Below, piece after piece: positions 9,185 through 19,196 of a stretch of 64,000 nt of DNA. Location: the NCBI GenBank assembly GCA_964637115.1, contig CAZWVL010000002.1, forward strand, positions 32,001-96,000. The letters are read 5' to 3'. Every line of letters starts with the position of its first letter. Position 1 is the first letter of the stretch. Position numbers and translations under genes: made by a program. The stretch is from an uncultured Methanosarcinales archaeon (GTDB lineage: Archaea > Nanobdellota > Nanobdellia > Woesearchaeales > ARS49). The notes beneath the pieces are model-generated. The model saw nothing but the letters and a program-made list of their open reading frames with translations. It did no database searches and was not told the origin of the DNA.

Positions 9185-10972
9185 TCACCTCTTTTTCCCT
9201 CGCAGGCGTCGCTCACGCGGCGCTTGCAGGGTTTGAAAATTACTAACAGACGAAAGTCTCTTTCTGGAAATCTGGCGCGCAATAATCCAAATGAAAACTG
9301 CACCAACAATCACTCCAGCTATAAATGCAAAGAACGTAGCGGGCAGTTTTGGCATGCTTAGTTTTACAACTGGTGGCTTTTTTTCCTCGAAATAAATGTC
9401 AAGATTTGAAAGCTCCAGAGAGTATTCAGTAAAAAGCATTGAAGAAACACGGTCAAAGTCTCTCAGAGACTTGGCATATTCATAATAACTGTACGCAATA
9501 ATCGGGAAGACGTTCTTGCGCTGGGCCTTAATCAAGGCCTGCTTGGCAATCTGCAATTTAAGATCTATCACTTCACCAAAGCGCTGCTCCTCAACACCCA
9601 TCAAACTAAGAAGCACATCAGCCTCAGACTTTGCTTTTGCAGCAGTGTAAAGACACATAATGTACTTGCCATTACTTAGCAAGCCATAAGCGTTGTCGAT
9701 ATCAGCTCTTGTAGCATCCAATGCCTCTGGAATAATACTTTTCACATAATTATAACGCTCCTCTGCTTCAGAAATCTTCTCAACACAAACCGATTGCAAT
9801 GAAGTCTTGTCAATAACCACCAGCTTATCCTGGCCGTCAAAGAAACGCGACCAAGTGATTCCAGAGAATAGTCTTTCTTCAGCAAAACCAATTGTGCCTG
9901 CACTATCTGTCTGATTATTCTTCAGGTCATTGGAAACTTCATCCAGCAAACCCTTTGCTTCATCAACGCGCTCCATCACAGCCATAAACGTCTGCAAATC
10001 AGTCAAAGTGGTAATGTTCCGCGACTCAACCTCATTTTTGGTTTTGTTGACTTCTGCCTTCAACTGTTCAACCCTGTTCTCAAGCTCTAATATGGAAAGA
10101 TTCTGTTCACGATACCAATAACTCTTGTATTCTACATTTGCACGGAAACAGTAAGAAGCAGCAGCGTAATAAGCACCCTTCTGTTGTTCAGCAACTGACC
10201 GTTCAGTGAAATTCCTGGCCTGTGTTAGATTATCCTTCAAAGGCCTTGAGAAATAATCCGCACTGCGCTTGCATAAATCTTCAGACACGTCCTTCATAAT
10301 ACGCTGATATCTGCCTTCAATCCTCAATTCCTCGTCTGAAATCTGCTGAGGAATACCGAGCACAAGATCCAAGACTTCGCCCAATGTTGCGACTTCAGTA
10401 ACGGTTAAATTAAACTGCCTGCCATACTCGACAAGATCCAAGGTCTTATTATTATTGTCCTTGACATCCTTTGTGCCTTTTGGCAACAAAACAGTTCTGA
10501 TACCATTGTTGCCAGCTGCCTCAACCTTGTTCTGCAAGCCGCCAACCGGACCAATCATGCCGCCACTGTTAATCGTGCCAGTCATAGCAACATCTCCAGG
10601 CAAGGACTTATTGAGAAGCAAAGCAGTAGTTAATAGTGCAGCAGCACCACCAGCACTAGGACCGCCAACAATGCCGGGCATGGCGCGAATGGCAAACAAG
10701 AAATCATATTTTGAACAATCAACTTCAATATATTTGCAAGCAATCTGCTGGGCAAACCTCAAAGAAGCCTGTGTAGTAACTTTAGTCATAGGGAACGTTT
10801 CCAAAAACACGCGCTCACTACCAGGACGCAATTCAAGCTCTAATGAAGCAACACTGCCAGTTTTACTCGTGCCGTTCTCCACCAAGGCCAACAGTGTAAT
10901 ATTGCCTTTAGCAAGCACTTCCTGAGCGCTTACAGCGGCAGACAAGAGCAGGAAAATTATCACCCATTTCAT
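9185..10972 (-). CDS. Secreted, membrane-anchored S16 (Lon-like) serine protease
   Basis: Signal peptide, GGPSAG catalytic Ser, MTGTINSGGMIGPVGGLQNK with the Lys dyad, and a C-terminal TM helix. Confidence 0.88.
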   Translation of the reverse strand: MKWVIIFLLLSAAVSAQEVLAKGNITLLALVENGTSKTGSVASLELELRPGSERVFLETFPMTKVTTQASLRFAQQIACKYIEVDCSKYDFLFAIRAMPGIVGGPSAGGAAALLTTALLLNKSLPGDVAMTGTINSGGMIGPVGGLQNKVEAAGNNGIRTVLLPKGTKDVKDNNNKTLDLVEYGRQFNLTVTEVATLGEVLDLVLGIPQQISDEELRIEGRYQRIMKDVSEDLCKRSADYFSRPLKDNLTQARNFTERSVAEQQKGAYYAAASYCFRANVEYKSYWYREQNLSILELENRVEQLKAEVNKTKNEVESRNITTLTDLQTFMAVMERVDEAKGLLDEVSNDLKNNQTDSAGTIGFAEERLFSGITWSRFFDGQDKLVVIDKTSLQSVCVEKISEAEERYNYVKSIIPEALDATRADIDNAYGLLSNGKYIMCLYTAAKAKSEADVLLSLMGVEEQRFGEVIDLKLQIAKQALIKAQRKNVFPIIAYSYYEYAKSLRDFDRVSSMLFTEYSLELSNLDIYFEEKKPPVVKLSMPKLPATFFAFIAGVIVGAVFIWIIARQISRKRLSSVSNFQTLQAPRERRLRGKKR

Positions 10973-10995
10973 ACTGCAAATAACTAAATGAGCCT

Positions 10996-13233
10996 TTAAG
11001 AACTTTTTGATTGAGTTTTGCCTTTTTCCTGTTTAGCTGCAGCTTTGGCAGCATCTTGATTAGGATTCGGAATTCTTTCAATACTTCTGCACTTAGGGAA
11101 CCGATTGCATGCCAAGAATCCACCATAAATGCTCTTTCTGAGAATCATCTTCCCTTCACCGCACTTTTTACAAGGTTTTTCAACATAAGCAGGAACTGCC
11201 TTGCTTGGGCAATCAACATTAATGCAGACTTCCTGAGGCCTCTTGGCTTTGCGGATCATCTTAACAATAGGAAACTGGCAGTGCTGGCAGATGTTAGGCG
11301 TAACTTCAACCAAACCAGACGCAGGCAGCTTAAAAGTAGTTTTGCAATCAGGATATTTGTCGCACGCGATAAACCGGCCAAACTTTCCAGTGCGCAAGAT
11401 AAGCATACCCGGCTTGCAACTCGGACACTTGCCCACAGTCGTCATTGCCGCTCTTGTCTCAGTAAAAGTCTTCTTGAGCTCCTCTCCAATGAGTTTTTCT
11501 TTTGATTTGAATTCAGTGCAAATATCCGTCATTACATGCTTTGCTTCTTCCAAAATCTCTTCACGATGCTTCTTATTCTCCCTTATTAATTCCATATCCT
11601 CTTCAAAATGACGGGTAAGCTCTTCATCAAGAATTTTAGGAGAATATTTCTCAAGAATAATGATTATTTCCATGCCCAATTCTGTTACAGTAATAGCTTC
11701 ACCCTGAACATAATTACGTTTGCGCAATGTCTCTACAATTTCAGCACGCGTTGCCTTTGTTCCAAGATTGCGCTTTTCCAATTCCCGGATAAGAGAAGCA
11801 GGAGTGTAACGTTTTGGCGGCTTTGTTTCATCGGCATGCTGGATGATGTCTTTGATCGAAACTTCCTCGCCTGCTTTCATTGCAGGAAGTTCTTCCTCTT
11901 CAAGTTTGACATATGGAGCGTAAAAGACGTGCCAGTTAGGAGCAACTGTTCTAGTTCCTTTTGAGATGAATAACTCGTTGTTCACGTCAACTTTTGCAAT
12001 AACTGTTTCCCTGACGGCTGCTTCTCCGAAAGTTGAGAAGAAACGCTTGACGATAATGTCGTAGATTTTAGCCTCCCTGCCTTCAAGCCCTTTTGGCGCA
12101 ATTCCAGTCGGGAAAATAGCCGGGTGAGCAGGATCAGTCTTCTTGCCATTATTTGGCTCAAGCTTTGACTTTTGCAGGAGCATATTTGCTAATTCCTTGT
12201 ATTCAGATTGTTTTGACAATTCTTTGAGAATCTTATGAATGCCGATACTTGGCGGCAGCTGCTGTGAACTGGTACGGGGATAAGAAATCCAACCATTTGT
12301 GTACAAGTCCTGGGCAATTGCTAATGTGACGCTTGGGTTAGTGCCAAAACAACGGTAAGCTTCTGTCTGCAAACTTGTAAGATCAAAAGGTACGGGAGGA
12401 TTCTGCTTAAATTGACCCTTGGTAACTTCCTTAACAGAGCCCTTCTTCTTTCCCTTGACTTTATCCATTACTGAGTCTGCCTTGTCTTTTTCCCAGAATT
12501 TATCAGCCTCATGCCATGCAACAAGCACGCCATCTTTTACTTTTCCCTGCAGTTCAACCATCCAGTACGGTACAGGTTTGAATGCCCTGATTTCACGCTC
12601 CCTGTCAGCAACAATCTTCAATGCAGGACCCTGCACACGACCAGTGCTCAAAATTTTGAACATACCTGCATTCTTGATAGAACTAGTCAAGGCCCTCGAC
12701 AAATTAATACCGTAAAAATAATCGAGGAAATGCCTTGTTTCACCAGCCTCTGCCTGACGCCAGTCCAAATGCTCAGAAGCTTTTTCATAAGATTCAACCA
12801 ATTCATCTTTTGTCAAGGTAGAAAACTTCATACGCTTGGCATCATTTCTGTTGCAAATATAACGCACAATGTTAAGACCAATAACTTCACCCTCAACATC
12901 ATAGTCAGTTGCCACAGTAACAGACTTCGCATCCTTTGACAATTTTTTCAAAGCTTCAAGATAACCTTTGGTGAAGGCAGCACCCTTAGAAATCTCAAAT
13001 GTAGGCACCCACTCAATGTCAAACACAGGATAAGCAAAACCTTTGGACTTCTTTTTCTCAGCAAGACCAAACAAGTGGCCAACAGCACAGCCAACCACAA
13101 TCTCGTTCTTGCCGTGCGTTACAAGATAATATGGAATGCCCTTAATGTCCTTCTTAACCGGTTTTCCATCAGCCAACGACTCGGCCACCTTCTTGCTGGC
13201 ATTTGGCTTCTCTGTAATGATAAGTTCGTACAT
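10996..13233 (-). CDS. topA: DNA topoisomerase IA
   Basis: TOPRIM motifs (LIITEKP, ATDYDVEGE), STGRVQGP, ISYPRT catalytic Tyr, and C-terminal Zn ribbons. Start at MYELIITEK. Confidence 0.97.
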   Translation of the reverse strand: MYELIITEKPNASKKVAESLADGKPVKKDIKGIPYYLVTHGKNEIVVGCAVGHLFGLAEKKKSKGFAYPVFDIEWVPTFEISKGAAFTKGYLEALKKLSKDAKSVTVATDYDVEGEVIGLNIVRYICNRNDAKRMKFSTLTKDELVESYEKASEHLDWRQAEAGETRHFLDYFYGINLSRALTSSIKNAGMFKILSTGRVQGPALKIVADREREIRAFKPVPYWMVELQGKVKDGVLVAWHEADKFWEKDKADSVMDKVKGKKKGSVKEVTKGQFKQNPPVPFDLTSLQTEAYRCFGTNPSVTLAIAQDLYTNGWISYPRTSSQQLPPSIGIHKILKELSKQSEYKELANMLLQKSKLEPNNGKKTDPAHPAIFPTGIAPKGLEGREAKIYDIIVKRFFSTFGEAAVRETVIAKVDVNNELFISKGTRTVAPNWHVFYAPYVKLEEEELPAMKAGEEVSIKDIIQHADETKPPKRYTPASLIRELEKRNLGTKATRAEIVETLRKRNYVQGEAITVTELGMEIIIILEKYSPKILDEELTRHFEEDMELIRENKKHREEILEEAKHVMTDICTEFKSKEKLIGEELKKTFTETRAAMTTVGKCPSCKPGMLILRTGKFGRFIACDKYPDCKTTFKLPASGLVEVTPNICQHCQFPIVKMIRKAKRPQEVCINVDCPSKAVPAYVEKPCKKCGEGKMILRKSIYGGFLACNRFPKCRSIERIPNPNQDAAKAAAKQEKGKTQSKSS

Positions 13234-13403
13234 TAACCGGTGTGAAGATGGGCAGTTCTTTTTAAATGTTCGGATACTATATATAGGCGGCAACATAAGG
13301 TATTTAAATGGATTCTTCATGAGGACGATTAATGGAAAAAGAGGCAGCGCCGAATGCGATTCGGTTGGTCTCTTTTTCCATAGCGTAAGTTAAAGGATGC
13401 AAT

Positions 13404-15047
13404 ATGGAAAAAGAGGACATTAAACGCATTGCCACAGTAATTAGAGTCCTTGCCAAGCACGGTTTAGGAGGAGTTCTCAGCAGATACGGGTTTGCTTGGT
13501 ACTTGCCAATCTTCAAAAGAGACGCTGGAGCACTGCCGCCGGACCTGCCAAAGAGATTACGATTATCTATGGAAGAGCTTGGGGGAGCTTACATCAAGCT
13601 CGGACAATTGCTGAGCGTCAGGCCAGACTTAGTGCCAGTTGAATACTGCGATGAGTTTGCCAAACTGCAAGACGACGTTCCACCAGAATCATTGGCGGTT
13701 GTGGAAAAAACAATTGAACACGAGTTCAGGAAACCATACACTGCAATTTTTACACACATAGATCCCAAACCACTGGGCAGCGCAAGCGTTGCACAAGTGC
13801 ACAAAGCACGTTTGAAGAGTGGGAAAGCAGTTGCCATAAAAGTACAACGGCCGGATATGCGGCAGAAATTTGCAGCAGATATTGACATCATCCGCTACAT
13901 TGGACAAAAGCTGCAGAAACACCTGCAAAATAATGTTGATATCATACAAATAATAAATGAATTTGAAAGATATACAAAAAAAGAACTTGACTTCACGGTT
14001 GAGGCAGGGCATATTGACGAAATATGCAAGGGAATCAATATACGGAGTATAGTAGTTCCCAAAGTCTTCTGGGCATATACAACTGAAAAAATCCTGACAA
14101 TGGAATATCTGGACGGCGTAAAGCTGTCAGAAATGAAAATAGCAGACAAGCCGCATATGGCGCGTGTTCTAGTTGATGCGTTTGTCGATCAAGTCTTTAC
14201 TTGCGGAACATTCCACGCAGACTTACATCCAGGAAACATTTTGTTGATGAAAGACGGAAAACTCGGACTGCTGGACTTCGGCATTGTCGGACACCTTGAT
14301 GTACGCACAAGAAAGCTGGGAATTGACCTCTACATGGCAATTCTCGACAGAGACACACGCGAAATATCAGAAACACTGCTCAAATACGGCACTCCAGGCA
14401 GCAGGACAAAAGTAGATGTGTTCATGAATGATGTTTCAGAACTCGTCAGTTCCTGGTGGGAATCAAACCCCGAAAAAAGAAAAGTCTCACATTTGCTCAA
14501 TAAACTGTTCATACTATGCGCACAGCACCACATCAGAATGCCAGTTGATACAATACTTCTAGGAAAGGGAATGATGACAGTAGAAGCAACAGCGCGTCAA
14601 TTAGACCCCCACTTTAATTTTGTCGCATATTCAGAGCCGCGCATTTCGCAACTGCTGAAAAAACAGCACGCACCAAAAAAAACATTACAACACTTTACTC
14701 AACGAGCACGCTTATTTGCAGAAGCAATCTCTGAAATACCATCCAGAACAATGGATGTCTTGGACCGTGTAAAAAAAGAAGGCGTAACGATAAATCTCAG
14801 AGACACGCAGTTCAGACACATAGGCCAGGACCTGAACAGGTCAAGCAACAGACTCAGCTATGCAATGATAGCAGCAGCGTGCATTCTGGCCGGCAGTCTA
14901 ATGATAAATGTCGGGCCGAAAGTAGCTGACTATAGTATCATCAGCCTGCTCAGTTTAAGCATTGCCAGCTTATTTGTCATAGTACTATTCATTTCAATCA
15001 CACGAGAACAGAGAAAACCATATGATGTACACGAAGACAGTACATAA
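13404..15047 (+). CDS. AarF/UbiB/ABC1 family atypical kinase
   Basis: ELGGAYIKLGQLLS, LGSASVAQVH, VAIKVQRP, FHADLHPGN, LLDFG, and two C-terminal TM helices. Confidence 0.93.
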   Translation: MEKEDIKRIATVIRVLAKHGLGGVLSRYGFAWYLPIFKRDAGALPPDLPKRLRLSMEELGGAYIKLGQLLSVRPDLVPVEYCDEFAKLQDDVPPESLAVVEKTIEHEFRKPYTAIFTHIDPKPLGSASVAQVHKARLKSGKAVAIKVQRPDMRQKFAADIDIIRYIGQKLQKHLQNNVDIIQIINEFERYTKKELDFTVEAGHIDEICKGINIRSIVVPKVFWAYTTEKILTMEYLDGVKLSEMKIADKPHMARVLVDAFVDQVFTCGTFHADLHPGNILLMKDGKLGLLDFGIVGHLDVRTRKLGIDLYMAILDRDTREISETLLKYGTPGSRTKVDVFMNDVSELVSSWWESNPEKRKVSHLLNKLFILCAQHHIRMPVDTILLGKGMMTVEATARQLDPHFNFVAYSEPRISQLLKKQHAPKKTLQHFTQRARLFAEAISEIPSRTMDVLDRVKKEGVTINLRDTQFRHIGQDLNRSSNRLSYAMIAAACILAGSLMINVGPKVADYSIISLLSLSIASLFVIVLFISITREQRKPYDVHEDST

Positions 15048-15140
15048 GTGTTGGAAATCCGCAAAAATAAATAATTGATTGTGAGAATCTCCGAGCACCT
15101 TTCCGAAGGTTTTAAATAACTAATATCCACAGGTGAGAGC

Positions 15141-15416
15141 ATGGCAAGAAAAATCAGAAAAGCGATGAGATTAGGAGCGCGCATTGTAACAGCAGCAAAA
15201 AGCAGGCTGGCACGCGATATGAAAATGCTTGTCAAATCAGGCATTATCAACAGAAAAGAAGCACAAAGGCTTGCGAAGGTAATAACTGCAGAAGTGAGAG
15301 TAGAAAAAGAGCGAATAAAGCAGTTTGCCAAGGCAGAGCTTAAGCGCGGACTTAAAAGAGCAAAACCGCTGGTAAAGAAAGCAGTTTCACGCTTGAAGAA
15401 GGCACGCAGACGGTAA
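15141..15416 (+). CDS. Highly basic small protein, phasin-like (COG3937-like pattern)
   Basis: Pattern KAMRLG...LVKSGIINRKEAQRL resembles phasin-like KKAFLLG...LVKKGEISKEEA. It is adjacent to the AarF kinase. Confidence 0.55.
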   Translation: MARKIRKAMRLGARIVTAAKSRLARDMKMLVKSGIINRKEAQRLAKVITAEVRVEKERIKQFAKAELKRGLKRAKPLVKKAVSRLKKARRR

Positions 15417-15450
15417 ATATTTAAAGCACACGAGCGTATTTCTTAAGACC

Positions 15451-16467
15451 ATGAGTGAGCATTTCCAAAAAGTATTCCTGCAGGCAGATCCGTTTACGGA
15501 CATCCTTGGACAGGAAAAAACAAAACAACAGCTGAAAAGTGCCCTTCTGATGAACAGGCACGTTATTGTGTTAGGTCCACCAGGCATAGGCAAGACTACT
15601 TTAGCGAAGAACGTGGCGCGCTTACTGCCAGCGCTTGTTGTGAACGAATGCGAGTACAACTGTGATCCGAAAAATCCTCTTTGTCCGGAATGCAAGGTCA
15701 AGAAGCCAAAGACAAAGAAAGTTAATGGTGAAGAGAGATTTGTAAGAGTGCAAGGCAGTCCTGACTTGACTGTTGAAGACTTACTTGGAGACATTGATCC
15801 GGTTAAAGCACTGCAATTTGGGCCGACAAGCATACAAGCCTTCACTCCAGGCAAAATATTCAAGGCAAACCAAGGAATATTATTCTTTGACGAACTGAAT
15901 AGATGTCCTGAAAAATTACAGAACGCATTATTACAAGTTCTTGAAGAAGGCAAGTCTACTTTAGGAGCTTACACAGTAGATTTGCCTGCAAACTTCATCT
16001 TTATCGGAACGATGAATCCGGAAGAGACTGCAGCAACTGAAAAATTGTCAGACGTTTTCATGGACAGATTTGACATAGTCCACATGGGTTATCCAGAAAG
16101 CCTTGACATCGAAAAAAGAATAGTGCTGAATAAAGGACAAAAGCTGCCTCTCGAGTTTGAAGACGAATTACTATCATTAGGAATATTATTTGTAAGAATG
16201 TTAAGAGAACACAAGAACATCTTAAAGAAACCAAGCGTCAGAGCAAGCCTTGGCATCTACGAAAGAGCACAGGCAAACGCCTTCCTGGCAAAAAGAAAAA
16301 TAGTAACGCCTGGAGACCTTGCAGAAGCACTTATATCAGTCCTAGCTCATAGAATTGAGCTTAAGCCGAGCGTCAAATACCTGCAGACGAACGAAGAGTT
16401 CATCAAAGAGCAGTTTGACGCGTTCTCAGGGCAACACCCCGAGCTTTCCGGTGGTGGTGGCCTTTGA
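15451..16467 (+). CDS. AAA+ ATPase, Mg/Co-chelatase ChlI/MoxR-like
   Basis: Walker A GPPGIGKT, Walker B ILFFDE, GTMNPEE, and DRF arginine finger. Confidence 0.92.
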   Translation: MSEHFQKVFLQADPFTDILGQEKTKQQLKSALLMNRHVIVLGPPGIGKTTLAKNVARLLPALVVNECEYNCDPKNPLCPECKVKKPKTKKVNGEERFVRVQGSPDLTVEDLLGDIDPVKALQFGPTSIQAFTPGKIFKANQGILFFDELNRCPEKLQNALLQVLEEGKSTLGAYTVDLPANFIFIGTMNPEETAATEKLSDVFMDRFDIVHMGYPESLDIEKRIVLNKGQKLPLEFEDELLSLGILFVRMLREHKNILKKPSVRASLGIYERAQANAFLAKRKIVTPGDLAEALISVLAHRIELKPSVKYLQTNEEFIKEQFDAFSGQHPELSGGGGL

Positions 16468-16468
16468 C
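16453..16468 (+). other. Candidate +1 programmed frameshift site (GGTGGT-GGC-CTT-TGA-C)
   Basis: Same layout as the prfB site (SD-like hexamer, 3-nt spacer, CUU-UGA-C). The +1 frame continues into the vWA ORF. Confidence 0.45.
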
Positions 16469-17638
16469 CTCGAGCAAGAAGTAAAGGACATTTCTCAAGG
16501 CGAAAGCGCTGAAGGCAAACTGCACAAGCAATACACTGAAGACAAACTGATGAATTCCGTATTAGCCGGCGACAAGAAAACAGTAGACCACGCCGAGATG
16601 ATACAAGAAGCGACAAATAGAGGAATCGGAGCTTTTACTCCAGACATGCTATTCGCCAGCATGTCGAAAAATTTCTCAATCGCAAAACAAATATTTGGAG
16701 ATAAATTGCTGAGGCTTCTTACAGGCTACGATCCCAATTACATAGAAAAAAACCTGAAAATTCCCGAGTTCAGGAAAGAGTTACAGAAAGCACTCTACGA
16801 AAATATTGGTCAGATGAAAGACGACAACTTACTGGATTCAGAAGGAATAATAACAGATAAAGGCGCAGAACTTGGCGCTCTTGTGTTAGTGAAAGAATTA
16901 GACAAGTTCATCGCCAAAGACAAAATGGGAGAAAAAGTCAACAAACGAGCAAGGCATTATGGGGAGAAAGCAGGCAACAGAAATTATCGAAAAGGAGACA
17001 GGTACAAGGATATCAATATCAAACGTTCTGTACATATGGCAATCAGAAGAGCGCACAAGAGTTTGATGGCGCAAGACTTGATTACTTCGGAAAGAGAGGG
17101 TAGGGGAAAAGTTTCAATTATCTTTGCACTTGATGCTTCCGCAAGCATGAAAGGCAAAAAGTTGGAAATGTCTAAGAAAGCAGGAATTGCACTTGCCTAC
17201 AACGCAATACAAGACAAAGATGATGTTGGTTTGGTAGTGTTTGGCAGCGAGATTAAAAGCGCCATACCACCAACACGCAACTTTTCAACACTTTTAAATG
17301 AGATTTCACACATCAAAGCTAGCAAACAGACAGACTTTGCAGCCATGATAGCAAAAAGCGTAGAACTATTCCCGCCGACTGGTGAGACAAAACATTTGAT
17401 ACTTTTAACTGATGCTTTGCCGACTGTAGGCAAGGACCCAGAGAAGGAAACTTTAAGGGCGGTAAGCACTGCACGCAGTGCAGGCATTACAATCTCACTT
17501 GTTGGAATTCAACTGGACAAAGAAGGCATTGAATTGGCAAAACAGATTACCAAGATAGGCGAAGGAAGGCTAAGCCTGGCAAAAGACCTTGCTAATGTAG
17601 GAAGCATTGTGCTGGAAGATTATTATGCGGTACGGTAG
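16457..17638 (+). CDS. von Willebrand factor A domain protein (ChlD C-terminus-like)
   Basis: MIDAS motif DASASM and LLTDALP. No ATG near the N-terminus, so it starts at GTG 16451/16454/16457 or is entered by frameshift. Confidence 0.85.
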   Translation: MAFDLEQEVKDISQGESAEGKLHKQYTEDKLMNSVLAGDKKTVDHAEMIQEATNRGIGAFTPDMLFASMSKNFSIAKQIFGDKLLRLLTGYDPNYIEKNLKIPEFRKELQKALYENIGQMKDDNLLDSEGIITDKGAELGALVLVKELDKFIAKDKMGEKVNKRARHYGEKAGNRNYRKGDRYKDINIKRSVHMAIRRAHKSLMAQDLITSEREGRGKVSIIFALDASASMKGKKLEMSKKAGIALAYNAIQDKDDVGLVVFGSEIKSAIPPTRNFSTLLNEISHIKASKQTDFAAMIAKSVELFPPTGETKHLILLTDALPTVGKDPEKETLRAVSTARSAGITISLVGIQLDKEGIELAKQITKIGEGRLSLAKDLANVGSIVLEDYYAVR

Positions 17639-17691
17639 TCACTCAGTCGTCATCAATCATGTTTAAAAGTGAATGTTCTTTCATATAGTAT

Positions 17692-18552
17692 ATGGTCTTT
17701 GAACGTTTGTACTCAGCAGAATTCCTGCACGACCATCCTTGGTATGGGCTGTTGCTCGGAATTGGCTATACAGTTCTGGGATTGTTCATTGCCCTGATGA
17801 TATTTCCAAATGACCCGGCTGTTATTGCAGTAGGAATTACGGCATTGTTCTTGATACCATCACTGTCAGACCTTACGGACAGCGCGGAAATCACAAGCAG
17901 AAGAGTGCCCACGTTCAAAGCATATATTCAGGAAACACTGCCGCACGTCAAAGTCTACATAGCAATCTTCTTTGGAATATTCTTCACGTTTGCATTCTTT
18001 TCCATTATTTTACCAAAACTAGCAGTCGGGCATTTGTTCAACATACAACTTGACATTGTCTCAGGCCAAGCAGCAGCTGGAATGGCAGGACGCTTCAGCT
18101 GGGCATTATGGTGGGACTTGTTCAGCTGGAACATGCAAGTACTCGGACTGTGCTTTTTACTGTCGCTAATAGCAGGAAACGGCGCAATACTATTCATTGC
18201 GTGGAACGCCAGCGTCTGGGGGACAGTATTCGGAACACTGGCAAAAACAGCAGGAGTTGTTTCAACAGCAAACCCCTTCATACTGTTTTTACTTGTAATT
18301 GTAAGCGTATTTCCGCACACATTCATGGAAGGACTCAGTTACATGCTCTCAACACTATCCGGCACAACGCTCTCAGACGGCATACTCAAAGAGAAGTTAT
18401 TATCAAATAAAATGGGTGTAATCTTCAAATACAACTTTTACCTGCTGCTAATTTCAATAGCCGTACTAGCAATTGGAATGATAATAGAAACGTATGTACT
18501 CGGCAACTTTGAAGTATACAGAACAATCATCAACATTGCCTTCCCCAGATAA
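17692..18552 (+). CDS. SpoIIM/DUF95-like membrane protein
   Basis: Multi-TM protein with a FPHTFMEG motif resembling PHGxxE. Confidence 0.75.
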   Translation: MVFERLYSAEFLHDHPWYGLLLGIGYTVLGLFIALMIFPNDPAVIAVGITALFLIPSLSDLTDSAEITSRRVPTFKAYIQETLPHVKVYIAIFFGIFFTFAFFSIILPKLAVGHLFNIQLDIVSGQAAAGMAGRFSWALWWDLFSWNMQVLGLCFLLSLIAGNGAILFIAWNASVWGTVFGTLAKTAGVVSTANPFILFLLVIVSVFPHTFMEGLSYMLSTLSGTTLSDGILKEKLLSNKMGVIFKYNFYLLLISIAVLAIGMIIETYVLGNFEVYRTIINIAFPR

Positions 18553-18578
18553 GAATATAAAGAGCAAATTTTTCTATC

Positions 18579-19196
18579 ATGAGCATGAAAATCCTGGCAT
18601 TTACTGATTTACACGCAGGCGTTACTGCATATAAAAAAATACAGGCACTCTTAAAGAAGGAAAAACCAGATTACATTTTCTGCCTTGGAGACTTCACAAT
18701 CTTCGAGCAAAACATAGAAGCAGTAATTAGAAAAGTAGCAGAGCTGAAAAAACCAGTTTACATAATACACGGCAACCACGAGACAGACGTAATAGTCAAA
18801 AAACTCTGCAAGAAATATCCGAACATGCACTTTGTGCACAGAACTCTGACAAAACTTGGCGATTATACTTTAGTAGCGCACGGAGGAGGAGGTTTTTACG
18901 GCCAAGGCAGACTGGCAGGAGACAAAGACTTTGACAGGTTTGTAAAAGAAAATAAAGCAAAACTAAAAGACAAATTAATACTCATTACTCACGCGCCTCC
19001 TGCACATACAAAACTTGACTATCTTGAATGGATGGACGACTACGCAGGATGTTCAAGCTATGCTGCATTCATAAAACAATACAAGCCAGTCCTAGCACTA
19101 TCGGGGCATTTGCACGAAAACTTTAGAGTCAAGTACAAAGCTGGCAAGACTCTGATTTGCAATCCAGGACCAGAAGGCATGGTGTTCAAAATATGA
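18579..19196 (+). CDS. Calcineurin-like metallophosphoesterase
   Basis: DLH, GD, GNHE, TH and GHLHE motifs. Confidence 0.92.
   Translation: MSMKILAFTDLHAGVTAYKKIQALLKKEKPDYIFCLGDFTIFEQNIEAVIRKVAELKKPVYIIHGNHETDVIVKKLCKKYPNMHFVHRTLTKLGDYTLVAHGGGGFYGQGRLAGDKDFDRFVKENKAKLKDKLILITHAPPAHTKLDYLEWMDDYAGCSSYAAFIKQYKPVLALSGHLHENFRVKYKAGKTLICNPGPEGMVFKI

Noticed and set aside
16465-16512. UGA read-through (Sec or recoding) of the AAA+ gene
   Set aside because: In-frame read-through meets another TGA after 14 codons and does not reach the vWA domain; only a +1 shift does.
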